DNA from: an uncultured Planctomycetota bacterium
GTDB lineage: Bacteria; Planctomycetota; Planctomycetia; Isosphaerales; Isosphaeraceae
DNA: 64,000 bases
NCBI GenBank assembly: GCA_963823665.1
Contig: CAWGMQ010000006.1
Location: forward strand, 1,664,001-1,728,000
Direction: 5' to 3'
The notes beneath the pieces were generated by a model, which was given only the letters and a program-made list of their open reading frames with translations, made no database searches and was not told the DNA's origin. The position numbers and the translations under genes were made by a program. Of this stretch, positions 19,863 through 31,042 are shown in pieces (within the stretch, counting starts at the first letter, position 1; every line of letters begins with the position of its first letter).

Positions 19863-20780
19863 ATGAGTCGTGTGTTGCTCGCTCGCTCCCAGGTACTGAC
19901 CGGGTCACTCCTCGCCCTGGCCCTCCTCGCCACCGGGAGCCTGCAATCGGTCAAGGCGGATCAGATGAATGAGCAGCACCGGATCGGCCTCGGGGGCTAC
20001 TGTCCGGTCTGCATTCTCGACGCCAACAAGTGGGCGAAGGGGTCGCCTGAGCACCAGGCGACTTACGACGGTGTGACGTACTACTTTCCGGAGGAGGCCA
20101 TCAAGGAGAAGTTCGTGGCTAACCCCGCGAGGTATGTGCCCGCCTTGGGCGGCGACTGCATCGTCTGCTACGCCAAGCTCGGGAAACGCGTCCCTGGCAA
20201 TATCAAGCACTCCGCGCGCTACGGCGACAGGCTGTTCCTGTTCCCTGGAGCGGAGCAGCAGCAGGCCTTTCTCAGCAATCCGGTAGAGTTCGCCAACGCT
20301 GACCTCGCGCTGAAGGGCGACTGCTCGGTCTGTCTGGTCCACTCCAACAAGCGTGTCGCCGGCAAGCCCGAGTTCGCGGAGATCAAGGACGGATTCCGCT
20401 ATCTGTTCGTGTCCGCCCGCGAGCAGGCCGCGTTTCGCAAGGACCCGGCCCTCTATGTCGCCCCGGCTTCTAAGCCGGCTGCGATGGAGTCACAGACCAG
20501 CCATCGGCCCACAGCCAACGGCTCCCTGACGGTCATGGGGAGGACGACGTGCGCGGGCTGCGAGCACGGTGTCGCGCCGATCCAGAACCCTGAGGAGCTC
20601 GGGCTGGCCGTCAACACCGACGACGGCAGAGTGGTGATCGTTGAGCAGGCGCACAGGCTCTACCGCGATGCCTACGAGCACCGCTATGACGGACAACGCG
20701 TACGCGTGAGCGGCCGCGTCATCAAGCAGCAGGGACGCTACTCCTGGATTGAGCCGACCGAGCTGATGGTCCAGAGGTGA
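19863..20780 (+). CDS. Exported YHS-repeat protein with CxxC motifs
   Basis: Three units GGYCPVC / GGDCIVC / KGDCSVC each followed by (Y/L)xF...F..NP/DP; C-terminal TCAGC. Confidence 0.7.
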   Translation: MSRVLLARSQVLTGSLLALALLATGSLQSVKADQMNEQHRIGLGGYCPVCILDANKWAKGSPEHQATYDGVTYYFPEEAIKEKFVANPARYVPALGGDCIVCYAKLGKRVPGNIKHSARYGDRLFLFPGAEQQQAFLSNPVEFANADLALKGDCSVCLVHSNKRVAGKPEFAEIKDGFRYLFVSAREQAAFRKDPALYVAPASKPAAMESQTSHRPTANGSLTVMGRTTCAGCEHGVAPIQNPEELGLAVNTDDGRVVIVEQAHRLYRDAYEHRYDGQRVRVSGRVIKQQGRYSWIEPTELMVQR

Positions 20781-20998
20781 GTCCGACCCAAACGCGGCGG
20801 GCGGACCGGCCCCTTCGCCGGTCGCTCGTCCGCGGGGCGACCCAGACAGATCGACCCGGTCCATCCGTGCTAGAGGTTCGTCCGCGGCACGGGGAGATCT
20901 GCCCGGTGGGTCCGCTTTACAAGCGTGACCTACCAGGCGAGATACGTCTGATCAAGATACCGATGATTTTGACGACGCAAAACAAAGGTTGTCCCGCC

Positions 20999-23008
20999 AT
21001 GAAATCTCCCCTTCGACTCCTGACTCTTGCCTTCGCGCTCAGTTTCCTCGACTCGCCGCTCCGGCCCGTTCAGGCCGCCGACAATCCTGCGGTCGTGCGG
21101 ATATCCTCGACGTTGACACGCGTATCGGATACAGTCGGCCAGCTATCCGTGACGGCCGATATCGAGAGCGGATTCCACATCTACGCCCAGTCCCAGCCGC
21201 GGCCGTTCCTGGCGACGAGGATCACCGTGGCCGAGTCGAGGGTGGTGCGCGTCACCGGAGTATTCACTCCGTCGCGGCCGCCGAAAATCATTCGGCACCC
21301 AACTCTGGGGGTAGAGCTCCACGAGTACGAGGGCCAGGTCACCTGGACCACCCCCGTCGAGTTCTCGCGGGCCCCGACTGCCGAAGTCGTCGTGCAGGGA
21401 ACGGTCTTCGCTCAGGCCTGCCAGGAGGATCGCTGCCTGGCCCCGAAGATGTACGAGTTTATGGCCCCACTCCGCACCGATTCCGCACCGTCTCACGGCG
21501 GCTCGGCCCAAGGTGTCGCAGTCGGCGAAGCTGACGCGTCGGAGCCCATCGGCGCCCCTCTCGCTCACGCCGGTGCGAGGAAAGAAGCACGCCCGCCAGC
21601 CGATGGGGGACCTTCCAGCGGGAGCTTCTCGCTCGATCAGATCGAAATCGCCGCGGCCGCATCCGGTCGTGATTCCGTCTGGGCGATCTTGCCCCTCGCG
21701 TTCGTCGCGGGTTTCCTGCTCAACCTAATGCCGTGCGTGCTGCCGGTGGTCGGCCTGAAACTCCTTTCGTTTGTGCAGCAGTCGAACGACAGTCGACGGC
21801 GAGTCTTGTTGCTCAATGTCGCCTACTCGGCGGGATTGATGTCGGTGATGCTCGTGCTGGCCACGTTCGCCGTCTTCGCCGGCTTGGGATGCGGCGAGCA
21901 GTTCAGCAGTACCGCGTTCAGCGTGACGCTCGCGGCCATCGTCTTCGCTTTCGGATTGAGCTTTCTCGGTATCTGGGAGATCCCGGCGCCCGGCTTCGAG
22001 GGGACGGCCGGCGGCGAAGGCTACGGCGGCGCGTTCAGCAAGGGCGTGTTGAGCACGCTCCTGGCGACTCCGTGCAGCGGTCCCTTCCTGGGCTCAGCCT
22101 TGGCTTGGGCGATCGTTCAGCCCACGTACGTCACTTACGCCGTTTTCGCCTCGGTCGCGCTAGGTATGGCCAGCCCCTATCTGCTGGTCGGCCTGTTCCC
22201 CCGGCTCGTGCGGTTTCTGCCGCGGCCGGGTAACTGGATGGTCGCGTTCAAACAAATGATGGGCTTCGTGCTCCTGGCGACCGTCGTTTACCTGCTGAGC
22301 TTCATTCCTGCTCCGAGCGTTGTCCCCACTGTGCTCTTGCTGCTCGGCGTCGGCTTCGGATGCTGGTGGGTGGGCCGAGGTCTGTTGCTGGAGTCGCGCG
22401 GGCTACGACTGCGAGCATGGTTCGTCGCCGCGGCAAGCGTCGCGGCAACTGGCTGGCTGTCCTTCGGCTGGCTGGAAGGCGTGATGGCCGGCCGGTTCGA
22501 AAGCGCTGTCGAACGAAGGCTCGGTGCCGCCGCCGATCCTTCCGCGGAGCAGCTGGTGTTCTCCCGTCTCGGTCTCGACCGCATCGCCTGGGAGCCGTTC
22601 TCGAAACACAGGCTGGAGCAGCTCGTCAACGGAGGCAACACTGTGTTCGTCGATTTCACGGCCGACTGGTGCTTGACCTGCAAGACGAACGAAGCGACTG
22701 CCATCGAACGACCTGAGGTCGCCCGGCTGATTCGCGAGAACGGTATCGTCTTGCTCAGGGCAGACAGGATGAAACCGGCTCCCGAGGTCGATGAAACCCT
22801 GCGTCGTCTGGGCAACAAGGCTGCGTCGATACCGTTCTATGCCATCTTCCCCGGCGGTTCCTCCCACACGCCGATCCTGTCGGACGGGCTGCTGACCGGC
22901 CCGGAGCCGATCGTGAATGCTCTTCGTCAGGCGGGTCCGTCACGCCCCATGTTGGCCTCGAACTTGAAAATTGCACCGGCCTCGGGAAACGACGCAGGAG
23001 GATTCTAA
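20999..23008 (+). CDS. dsbD: DsbD/ScsB-family protein-disulfide reductase
   Basis: N-domain [24 protein letters not shown]; thioredoxin domain FTADWCLTC. Confidence 0.85.
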   Translation: MKSPLRLLTLAFALSFLDSPLRPVQAADNPAVVRISSTLTRVSDTVGQLSVTADIESGFHIYAQSQPRPFLATRITVAESRVVRVTGVFTPSRPPKIIRHPTLGVELHEYEGQVTWTTPVEFSRAPTAEVVVQGTVFAQACQEDRCLAPKMYEFMAPLRTDSAPSHGGSAQGVAVGEADASEPIGAPLAHAGARKEARPPADGGPSSGSFSLDQIEIAAAASGRDSVWAILPLAFVAGFLLNLMPCVLPVVGLKLLSFVQQSNDSRRRVLLLNVAYSAGLMSVMLVLATFAVFAGLGCGEQFSSTAFSVTLAAIVFAFGLSFLGIWEIPAPGFEGTAGGEGYGGAFSKGVLSTLLATPCSGPFLGSALAWAIVQPTYVTYAVFASVALGMASPYLLVGLFPRLVRFLPRPGNWMVAFKQMMGFVLLATVVYLLSFIPAPSVVPTVLLLLGVGFGCWWVGRGLLLESRGLRLRAWFVAAASVAATGWLSFGWLEGVMAGRFESAVERRLGAAADPSAEQLVFSRLGLDRIAWEPFSKHRLEQLVNGGNTVFVDFTADWCLTCKTNEATAIERPEVARLIRENGIVLLRADRMKPAPEVDETLRRLGNKAASIPFYAIFPGGSSHTPILSDGLLTGPEPIVNALRQAGPSRPMLASNLKIAPASGNDAGGF

Positions 23009-23571
23009 TGGCTAGCCGAGTGAAATCGCAGCAGGTCCTCTTGGTACTTGCACTGGCTATTGCGCTGCCCCTGATCGCAAGAGCGAGAATCAGGCGCGCG
23101 ACTGCTCCAGAGTTCAAGGAGAAAGCTACCATGTCGCAAGCATCAGAACAGGATGGGACCCCGCTTCCCGGGACCGACGCTGAGTGGAAGCAGCGTCTCA
23201 CGCCCGAGCAGTACACGATCCTACGGCGCAAGGGTACAGAGACGGCTTTCACCGGCAAGTACTGGCACACCAAGGCGAAGGGAGTGTACCGCTGCGCCGG
23301 CTGCGGCCAGCCGCTTTTCTCCTCGGACGCCAAATTCGACTCGGGCACGGGATGGCCCAGTTTCTGGACAGCGTATGCCCCCAATACCGTAGCGACCGGA
23401 TCGGACGATAGCCTCTGGATGCACCGCACCGAGGTGCTCTGCAACCGCTGCGGCGGTCACCTCGGCCACGTGTTTTCCGATGGACCGCAACCGACCGGCC
23501 TGCGTTACTGCATCAACTCAGCGGCGCTGAAATTGGACGAGCCCGAATCGCCCCAGAAAGCGAACAAATGA
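23008..23571 (+). CDS. msrB: Peptide-methionine (R)-S-oxide reductase
   Basis: [27 protein letters not shown]. Confidence 0.95.
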   Translation: MASRVKSQQVLLVLALAIALPLIARARIRRATAPEFKEKATMSQASEQDGTPLPGTDAEWKQRLTPEQYTILRRKGTETAFTGKYWHTKAKGVYRCAGCGQPLFSSDAKFDSGTGWPSFWTAYAPNTVATGSDDSLWMHRTEVLCNRCGGHLGHVFSDGPQPTGLRYCINSAALKLDEPESPQKANK

Positions 23572-23608
23572 GGAGACTGCGATCTCTGGGGCCTGCCAAC
23601 GTAAGCTA

Positions 23609-23848
23609 GCCGAACACTTCAGGAAGAGGCTTGACGCATCCGGGGCTTTTGGCGCCCCGATCGTGACCGACATTTTGGCCTTTCGCGTCTTCTTCGCCGC
23701 CGAGAACCTCCACCAGGACTAATACGAACTCAACGCACGGCAGCCGTACTGCCAGTTCGTTATCCGGCCGAAGGTGTAGAAACTCAACAAGGTCTTCGGC
23801 GACCAGCTCAAGGACCGGGCGCAACAGCCGGTCAGGAGAGCGACGCGG
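23609..23848 (+). pseudogene. msrA: C-terminal msrA remnant
   Basis: KRLDASGAFGAPIVT..AENLHQD*YELNARQPYCQFVIRPKV*KL; stops at 23720 and 23777; matches end of 16174..16884. Confidence 0.8.
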
Positions 23849-23932
23849 GTAACCGTCCGGTGAAGTGCATCTTTATCCGGGCGGGGGTTGGTGTCAGGAT
23901 AAGCCGGTGCCCTCACGCACCGGAGTCCACGC

Positions 23933-24328
23933 ATGTCCCGCGCTATTCCCAAATGCGATTGGTCAGCCATACTGGCTGACTTCCACCGCTCTGGTTTGAC
24001 CCAAACTGAGTTTTGTCGCCGCCGTCATATCTCCGTCAGCTCCTTCCGCAGTTGGCTATACGGTCTCCGTGGCGGATTTCCTACCGCCGGCCCCTCGGAA
24101 AGCCGTCGCCCGGCGCCGGTCTCTGCCCCGGCGAGCTCCGCGCTCCCCGCCTTCCTTCCTGTGCTTGTCCGTCCCCAATCGAGGGTTTCTACGGCCGACC
24201 CCCACGTCTCCCATCCACCCGCCTCGCTCGAGCTCGTCGTGAGTGAACGACACTTCGTCCGCATTCCACCCGGCTTTGATCCGGCGACCCTTCATCAACT
24301 CCTCGACGTCCTGGAAGATCGGCCGTGA
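23933..24328 (+). CDS. tnpA: IS66 accessory protein TnpA
   Basis: SGLTQTEFCRR..S.FRSW HTH-like; PAFLPV. Confidence 0.85.
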   Translation: MSRAIPKCDWSAILADFHRSGLTQTEFCRRRHISVSSFRSWLYGLRGGFPTAGPSESRRPAPVSAPASSALPAFLPVLVRPQSRVSTADPHVSHPPASLELVVSERHFVRIPPGFDPATLHQLLDVLEDRP

Positions 24329-24705
24329 TCAACTTCCCACCCACAGTCCGCATTTTCTTGGCCGTTGGGCCAGCGGATCTCCGGAAGGGATTCGACGGCC
24401 TCGCTGCCCTCACCTCTTCGACCATCGGCTTGGATCCCCTCTGCGGCCATCTCTTCGTCTTTCGCAATCGGCGGGGCGATCGCCTCAAGATCCTCTACTG
24501 GGACCGCGATGGCTACGCGCTCTGGTACAAGCGGCTCGAGCGAGGCGTCTTCCGCTTCCCTCAACCCACGGCGAACCGCATCGAAGTCTCGCCGGCCGAG
24601 ATGGCTGCCATCCTCGCCGGCATCGATTTACGCACCGCGGGCCGCCAGCGACGCTACACTTTGCCGGCGCCCATCCCCATCTCGCAGGCAGATGCACTCG
24701 TATAA
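24325..24705 (+). CDS. tnpB: IS66 accessory protein TnpB
   Basis: DLRKGFDGL, LFVFRNRR, KILYWD, KRLERG. Confidence 0.93.
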   Translation: MINFPPTVRIFLAVGPADLRKGFDGLAALTSSTIGLDPLCGHLFVFRNRRGDRLKILYWDRDGYALWYKRLERGVFRFPQPTANRIEVSPAEMAAILAGIDLRTAGRQRRYTLPAPIPISQADALV

Positions 24706-24755
24706 TCTTCTGAGAATCTCTCGTCACATTGACGGCGGTCGACCGTAATAACGGT

Positions 24756-26317
24756 ATGACGACGGCGGCCGATTCACTCCCCACCGATCTGGAAACCGCC
24801 CATCAGCTCATCCGCGAGCTCTTGGAGACGCTGCGCCAGCAGACCGTCCTGAACGAGCACCTCCAGCATCAGCTCGAAAAGCTCCTGCGGCGGATCTACG
24901 GCCCCAGGACCGAAAAGCTCGACCCCAACCAACTCCTCCTTTTCGCCCGCGAGATCTTGGAAGCAACCGGAGTCGACCCCGCTGCGGCCCCACCGGCTGC
25001 CGACGCGAAGACAACCGAGTCGGTTGGCCAAGCGGAACCAACCAAGAAGAACGGGCACGGTCGTAAGCCGCTGCCCAGGAGCCTCGAGCGCCGGCGCAAG
25101 GTCCACGACGTTCTCCCCGAACTACTCCCGTGCCCCGACTGCGGCGTCATCCGCACCGGCATTGGCGAGGAGGTTCGCGAGCAGCTTGAATTTGTTCAGG
25201 CCAGCTTGATTGTGGTCGAGCATGTGCGGCCCAAGTACGCGTGCAAGGCATGCCAGGCCAACGTGATCATTGCCGAACGACTTCCTGAGCCGATCGAGAA
25301 AGGTTTGCCTGGCCCAGGGCTCATGGCCCAGGTGATCGTCAGCAAGTACGCCGACCATTTGCCGCTTTATCGGCAGGAAGGAATCTTCCGCCGTCACGGC
25401 GTGGAGCTGTCTCGTCAGACGATGTGCGATTGGATGGCGGTCTCTGCCGAATTGTTGGAACCGATCGTCGCGGAGATGCACTGCGAGATCCTCAAATCGC
25501 GGGTCATTCAGACTGACGACACGCCAGTACCCGTTCTGGACCGGAGTTTGGGGAAGACGCGGACAGGCCGGCTCTGGGACTACCTGGGGGATCGCGATCA
25601 TCCCCACGTGGTGTACGACTACACGCCGGATCGCAGCGGCGAGGGACCGCAGCGGATGCTCGATGGTTATGAAGGCTACCTTCAAGCCGACGCGTATTCG
25701 GCCTACGACGCGATCTACGCCGGGAAGAAGATCATCGAAGTGGGGTGCTGGTGCATGCGCGGCGGAAGTTCCACGAGTCCAAGTCGAGCGACGCGGTAAG
25801 GGCGCACGTGGCGATGGCCATGATTCAGCAGTTGTACAAGGTGGAGAAGGACACCAAGGATCAGGACGACGCGGCGCGCGGGGCATTGCGCCAGGAGCGT
25901 TCGAAGCCGATCTTGAATGAGATCCACGCTTGGTTGTTACAGGAAAAGAGTCGCGTATTGCCCAAGAGTCCGATCGGCGAAGCGATCGGGTATGCCTTGA
26001 ATCACTGGCAGGCGCTCGAGAGATTCACCGAGGCGGGTTGGCTGTCGATCGACAATAACGCCAGCGAGCGCGGGATGAAGCCGGTGGCACTCGGTCGAAA
26101 GAATTGGTTATTCGCCGGGAGTGACGCCGGCGGCAAGACGGCGGCGACGCTGATGAGCTTGTGCATGACGTGCAAGAACGTGGGGGTGGATGCGTTTGCC
26201 TATCTGCGTGACGTGCTGGAGCGGATCAGCACGCACCCCGCGCGGCGAATCAGAGAGTTGCTGCCGGATCAGTGGAAGAAAGAACGGGTGGCAGCGGAGA
26301 CGAAGCCGGTGGAGTGA
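24756..26317 (+). CDS. tnpC: IS66 transposase TnpC, frameshift near 25750
   Basis: CPDCG zinc ribbon, DHLPLYRQ, DDTP, ADAY, GCW/HARRKF split, IDNNASER, GRKNWLF. Confidence 0.92.
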
Positions 26318-26543
26318 CCGCGCTGGTCACGAGCAGAGAGCTTGCGCGCGTGCTGGTGCGGCCGGCGGTCGAGCGGGCCTGGATGCCCTCGGTGATCGGC
26401 CCCGAGCTCCCAGGCGCGCGAAGCAAGTCGCGCGCCGGCCGCGCGCATTTAGCCGCGTGTACTCCACCGGACGGTTACCGACGCGGTGAGTGGCGAACGA
26501 GCTGACGGCCTCAATGGCACCCGAATCGGAGGTTAAGACCGCC

Positions 26544-27076
26544 ATGTTGACCACTCACCGACACGATCGGCGGGTCCGCCGGCAGACTCGGTTTTTCCTG
26601 GAATCGCTCGATGATCGGCTCGTCTTATCGGTCGGCGCCTTGAGCGCCCGGCCGAGGCCGTGGTGCACCATCCCGCGGCCGACCACAGTCTACTCCAGCA
26701 AAACGACCACCAAACCCGCCGGCGAGGGGTCATCGGGTACGGATCGCCTGCCACGCTGCCGCTCAACGTGGCCGCGGGACTCAGGTTGCTCTTCCGGGAG
26801 TACAAGGAACAGAGCGGCGGCAGTCGCTTCGCGCCAAGCCCGACCACCGGCAGACCGCTCCAGATCATCGACACGAGAGTCGCCGTGCTCATCAAGGTGG
26901 CGTTCCCACCCGCCCTGGATTCATACGTCCCCCGCCTCCGGGCGCTTGGGCTGGATGTCATCCGCACCATCCCGGACTACGGCCTGGTCGAAGGCACGCT
27001 GCGGATCGCCAAGCTGCCGGCCGCAGCGCAGCTCGCGGCGAAAGTGTGGCCGGCTCCCCCGTCGAGCTTGAGATAG
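26544..27076 (+). CDS. Small planctomycete LEPR-type secreted protein, frameshift near 26645
   Basis: GGAGG RBS; RR..FFLESLDDRLVLS, continues in ORF 26660..27076. Confidence 0.5.
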
Positions 27077-27121
27077 CTCCATCGAGACGCGCATCGATCG
27101 GACTTCTCCGGCGTGTCGCGG

Positions 27122-27433
27122 TTAATGTCTTCTAAGTTCGCATTTGATTCGCTCGCGGGCCTCGTCGGACAGTCGCGGCTCAGGCAAGGACTCCGCGCGA
27201 TCGACCAGCCTTGCCAGCCGTCGAAATTCGCTTTGCATGAACCTGAGTTGTTGGGAATAGCGGCGGCATGCCGAGCAATAGATCAAATGCGATCTCAAGA
27301 CGACCGCTTCCAGCAAGCTCAGGTCCCGGTCGAGCGATTCCGAGGCCAAGCGAGTCATTCCTTTGCAAGGCATGTTGAGAAGGCGCCAGGCGGTCTGGAA
27401 AAAGGTCATGGACGGAAATACCTTTCTAGTCAT
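27122..27433 (-). CDS. Zinc-binding anti-sigma factor (zf-HC2)
   Basis: CKGMTRLASESLD...HLIYCSAC; ATGA overlap with sigma gene. Confidence 0.85.
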   Translation of the reverse strand: MTRKVFPSMTFFQTAWRLLNMPCKGMTRLASESLDRDLSLLEAVVLRSHLIYCSACRRYSQQLRFMQSEFRRLARLVDRAESLPEPRLSDEARERIKCELRRH

Positions 27434-28020
27434 GATAAGGTCGACTTCTTCGTCCGTTCTCCGTACCACCGGGATTCGAGACATTGCCGCAAGAGAAATC
27501 GCGCGCGGTGGATGCGCTTCCAGAAACTGGCGGGTGATATGTTCAGAATTGACTGAACCTCATTTGCCTTCAAGCCGTCCACTTCGCGTAGCGTGAAGGC
27601 GTCAGCGAGGCTCGGCGGCAGCCTGGAAAGGCAACCGGCGATGACATCCCAAAACTCCACGGTCTCTAACTGCAAGCTCGGGTCACTACTCCATTCCGCT
27701 GGCCCGACCAGCCACTCACCACGTTGGTCAAACGCCAGTTCGCTCTCGCTCTTGGCCCGCTCACCTCTTCCGGACATCGGTTGCCGACTCGCCTTGCGGA
27801 TGTGGTCGAGAATTTTGTGCCGCAAAATCCCTACCAACCATGTCCACTCACTGGATCGCCCTGCAAATGTACCCCGAGCTCGGAGGGCATCCACGAACGT
27901 TTCCTGAACGATGTCGGCCGCCAGGTCTGGTGACCGAAGCCGCAATAACGCATAGCGATACAGGCCGTCACCATGGCGATCCACCCATAGCTCGGGTTCC
28001 GTCATAACGTCAATACTCAT
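27430..28020 (-). CDS. ECF sigma factor
   Basis: LYRYALLRL, DIVQETF, WLVGILRHKILD, FTLREVDG, IHRAR..LRQCLE. Confidence 0.92.
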   Translation of the reverse strand: MSIDVMTEPELWVDRHGDGLYRYALLRLRSPDLAADIVQETFVDALRARGTFAGRSSEWTWLVGILRHKILDHIRKASRQPMSGRGERAKSESELAFDQRGEWLVGPAEWSSDPSLQLETVEFWDVIAGCLSRLPPSLADAFTLREVDGLKANEVQSILNISPASFWKRIHRARFLLRQCLESRWYGERTKKSTLS

Positions 28021-28068
28021 GAACGGTTGTCCCAGTTCGGCTTTCTCCTGATGGCGCGCACACAATGG

Positions 28069-28098
28069 TGAGTCGCTCGACAAGTGAATTTCCTGCCA
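28069..28098 (-). promoter_or_regulatory. Putative autoregulatory ECF promoter, motif C (TGGCAGGA-N15-CGACTCA)
   Basis: Related TGTCAGGA-N14-CGA(C/T)TCA sites at 30898-30870 (-), 30968-30996 (+), 31492-31520 (+). Confidence 0.6.
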
Positions 28099-28330
28099 AA
28101 GAATCTGTGTTTGCTCGCGACGCTGTGCTCGACCGGCACACGGAACATGTTGATCATCAAAACGGAAAACCCCGGTACGGTCATTGCGGTACGTTACGCC
28201 AAGCAGCAAGACTTGGTGGGGTTTCTCCGACGAAATGCGCGGAGCGGCGGTTTCATACGGCGGAGTCCCACGGGTGAACCACACAACACCGATACGAAGC
28301 CCGGACACGCCGGGCAACTCAGTCACCCAT

Positions 28331-29377
28331 TCAGCAGGTGCCGACGAGCGGGCGGAATCCCGGACCGAAAAGGCGATCGTTCGAGCGGGTTGTCGGTGGA
28401 TTGAATGGAGAGCCGCAGGCGGGACAGGTCGCGACGAACGCGCTGTAGGAATCGTCGGTCGTAATGCCCCAAGTATCGATTACTGACAGGTTCAAGAGCC
28501 GGTTCCGTGCAGCGCGGCGCGCCTTGCGTCGTGCGATGACCCGGTCGAGATCGCGAGCATTATCAGCGATATCGGCAGGGGCCTTTCCTGGGTTCCAGGG
28601 CAATTCTTCGGCCTGGAAGACCTGGCCGTTGACGCGATCCTGCGCGAAGACGACCACTCGAAAACTCGCCGCGTCCGCGCCGCCAGGGAGTTCGATGAGG
28701 AACGAAACGGCCCGAGTTCGGGTTCGATCGAGTTTGAGAAACCTTTGGTCGAGCCGGCGGACGATGTGATGTTCGACGAGCATCAGTCCCGCGTTCTCGC
28801 CGCGAAGAACCCTGGTCTTGACTGGGTCTTCGGTCAGTGCCATCCCGATCAAGAGCGCGCGTCCGGCCACCTCGGGAGATCGGGCCGCGACTTTCACCAA
28901 CGCGGTCTTTCGATTCCCCATGCCGCCCAACTTGAGGTCGAGGGCGACCTCCGCCGTCATTTTGAGGGCCTGTTCGATGGCGGCCACGGCCATCGCACGG
29001 TCCGACCCGAAGAGGGGCTGGCGGCCGTCGACCATCAATAGCGGGGTGATCCGCAGGTCGTCGCGGCGCTGCACCCCGTTGTAGTCGCATTGGCGGCGGG
29101 TGTACGAAGCGTCCGAATAGGGGTCGGGCCAGGGTTGATTGAAATAGTCGACATGGAGGTTGAGTGGCACGATCCGGTCGCGGTCAACGCCCGGCTCGGT
29201 AAGCTTGCCGAGGAGGTCCGAAGCGGGTGCGCAGGAACTGCACCCCTGCGAGGTAAAGAGCTCCACGAGCACTCTCTTCGGCTGGTTCACCGGATATTCC
29301 CCTGCGGCCGCCGCGACAGGACGGAGGACCGTCAGCGTAAAGAAAACGGCGATCGCCTTCAGCGCACGGTTCTTCAT
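28331..29377 (-). CDS. DUF1223 thioredoxin-fold protein (third paralog)
   Basis: VELFTSQGCSSC, HVDYF, RGENAG. Confidence 0.85.
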   Translation of the reverse strand: MKNRALKAIAVFFTLTVLRPVAAAAGEYPVNQPKRVLVELFTSQGCSSCAPASDLLGKLTEPGVDRDRIVPLNLHVDYFNQPWPDPYSDASYTRRQCDYNGVQRRDDLRITPLLMVDGRQPLFGSDRAMAVAAIEQALKMTAEVALDLKLGGMGNRKTALVKVAARSPEVAGRALLIGMALTEDPVKTRVLRGENAGLMLVEHHIVRRLDQRFLKLDRTRTRAVSFLIELPGGADAASFRVVVFAQDRVNGQVFQAEELPWNPGKAPADIADNARDLDRVIARRKARRAARNRLLNLSVIDTWGITTDDSYSAFVATCPACGSPFNPPTTRSNDRLFGPGFRPLVGTC

Positions 29378-29653
29378 GAGTGTCGCCTCGATTGAGTCGT
29401 GCGCCCGGAATCGGCAAGCCCGAAACGCCGTCGGGGGCTTGTCTGGCGAAATCGTCTGAGGACTTACCGCCGGGGGTGGCAAAACCGGACAGGCCCTGTT
29501 TGCGGCCGACCGCGCGAAAATGAATCGATGGGGAAATACCGCGAAATCATGGATGAACACCGTTGTGAACTCTTGACCGCGCTTCTTCGCCACGCCGGTC
29601 CCGTGGACATTCGCGAGTTTGTCCCGGCGACCGGTCGCGGCGAATGGCAAATG

Positions 29654-30754
29654 TTACTGTACGACCAGGCCGGCCGCGCTCTTCGGCATGACTCCGACCG
29701 GGCTCAGGAACAGCTCGTCCAGGCTTCCTCCCTTGCCGATCGTGAATGCGGCGATCTGGCCGTTGCCCCCGACGTTCACGTAAAGAACGTCATTCCCGAG
29801 GATGGCGTTGTCGGTCGGGCCGGTCCCAGCGGGAAGAATGCCAGCCAGCCCGCCGCCGCCGACGGGGTTCAGCAAGGTCAGCGTCCCCGTGGCGGCATCG
29901 AACCCCAATGCGGTGATGGTCGCCGGCGCGGTGTTCACGGTGTAGATGTACTTCTGGTTGGCGGTGATAGCGCACCAGCAGGGCGCGAGCTGGGTGCCGG
30001 TGACGAGAGTGTTCGTGATCGGCTGGGCGGTTCCATTCGGGAGGATCTGGTAGGAAGAAACCGCGCCGGGAGGCTCCGCATTATTCCCGAAGGTCGTCAC
30101 GAGGAACCCGTTGCTGCTGAAGAGGAATCCGAAGGTGTCGGTGAGGGGTGTCGGGGTGAACGTCGGGGCAGCCGCCCGGCCGTCAGCGCGAACCTTGAAG
30201 ACGTCGATATTATTGCCGTTCCTCTCGGTCACGACGAGCCAATTGCCGTTCGGGGAAAAGCTGACCTGGGCGGGGAGCACCGACGCCCCGCTGAGCGTCT
30301 GCGTGGACTTCGCCAACGCCGTGAGTTTGCCCTTGGCGCCGACCGTGAACCCGGTAATCATGTCGACCGCGCCGTGGGCTCCCCCGGCGTTCAGCACGTA
30401 GAGGAGGTCGCCCGAGACGGCGACGCTGTTCGGAAACGTGCCCCCGGAGGAGATGATCTGGATCAGATCCGGCTCTTTCTTGCTCAAGTCAAAGACGGAA
30501 ATGCTGCCGTCGCCGGCGTTGACCAGGTAGAGGGTGTCGCCGCCGGCGTCCACCGCGATCGACCCCTGGCTGCCGAGCCCGGTGCCCGCGCCAAGACCGC
30601 CCGTGTTATAGAAGAGGGGGAATTCGAGCAGGCCTTTATTGTCGCGTGCGAATACCGCGAGCTGGTTCCCGTCAGCCGCGTTGGTCATCATGTAAACCGC
30701 CCCATCGCCGGCGCGAGCCGTTCCCCAGGACATCGTAAGCAGCACCGCCAACAC
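29654..30754 (-). CDS. Exported lactonase-family beta-propeller (start uncertain)
   Basis: AVYMMTNAADGN, LGSQGS, LYVLNAG, APCW, YTVN; paralog of 12456..13832. Confidence 0.8.
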   Translation of the reverse strand: MLAVLLTMSWGTARAGDGAVYMMTNAADGNQLAVFARDNKGLLEFPLFYNTGGLGAGTGLGSQGSIAVDAGGDTLYLVNAGDGSISVFDLSKKEPDLIQIISSGGTFPNSVAVSGDLLYVLNAGGAHGAVDMITGFTVGAKGKLTALAKSTQTLSGASVLPAQVSFSPNGNWLVVTERNGNNIDVFKVRADGRAAAPTFTPTPLTDTFGFLFSSNGFLVTTFGNNAEPPGAVSSYQILPNGTAQPITNTLVTGTQLAPCWCAITANQKYIYTVNTAPATITALGFDAATGTLTLLNPVGGGGLAGILPAGTGPTDNAILGNDVLYVNVGGNGQIAAFTIGKGGSLDELFLSPVGVMPKSAAGLVVQ

Positions 30755-31042
30755 CGCCAGTTTCGGCGCGGCGCCATAAGGTTGTCGTCTTCAAGACAGC
30801 TTCTCCTTTTGTAGTAGTTTCGTCAAATCACGGACTGAGACCGGCTTCGATATTTCGGCCTCGCAAGAGTGAGTCGCCGTAGCGAGCGAATCCTGACACA
30901 AAAATCAATCGGAGCTGCGATCGCTACGCGGCAAAGTTTGTGATCCGGTCGGACGTAACAAATTGGCTGTCAGGAAATATGTGGTGGATCGATTCATACT
31001 TATGAAGTAGCAACGCCTCGAGCCCGAAACGGATTGGGCCAG

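Larger units (their letters stand above)
23849..26478 (+). mobile_element. IS66-family insertion sequence
   Basis: Terminal IRs GTAACCGTCCGGTG(A/G)AGT(G/A)CA; 8-bp TSD CGACGCGG at 23841-23848 and 26479-26486; tnpA-B-C order. Confidence 0.95.

Noticed and set aside
23720..23779. Stop-codon recoding in the msrA fragment
   Set aside because: Stops are TAA and TAG at non-catalytic positions and the N-terminal catalytic part is missing
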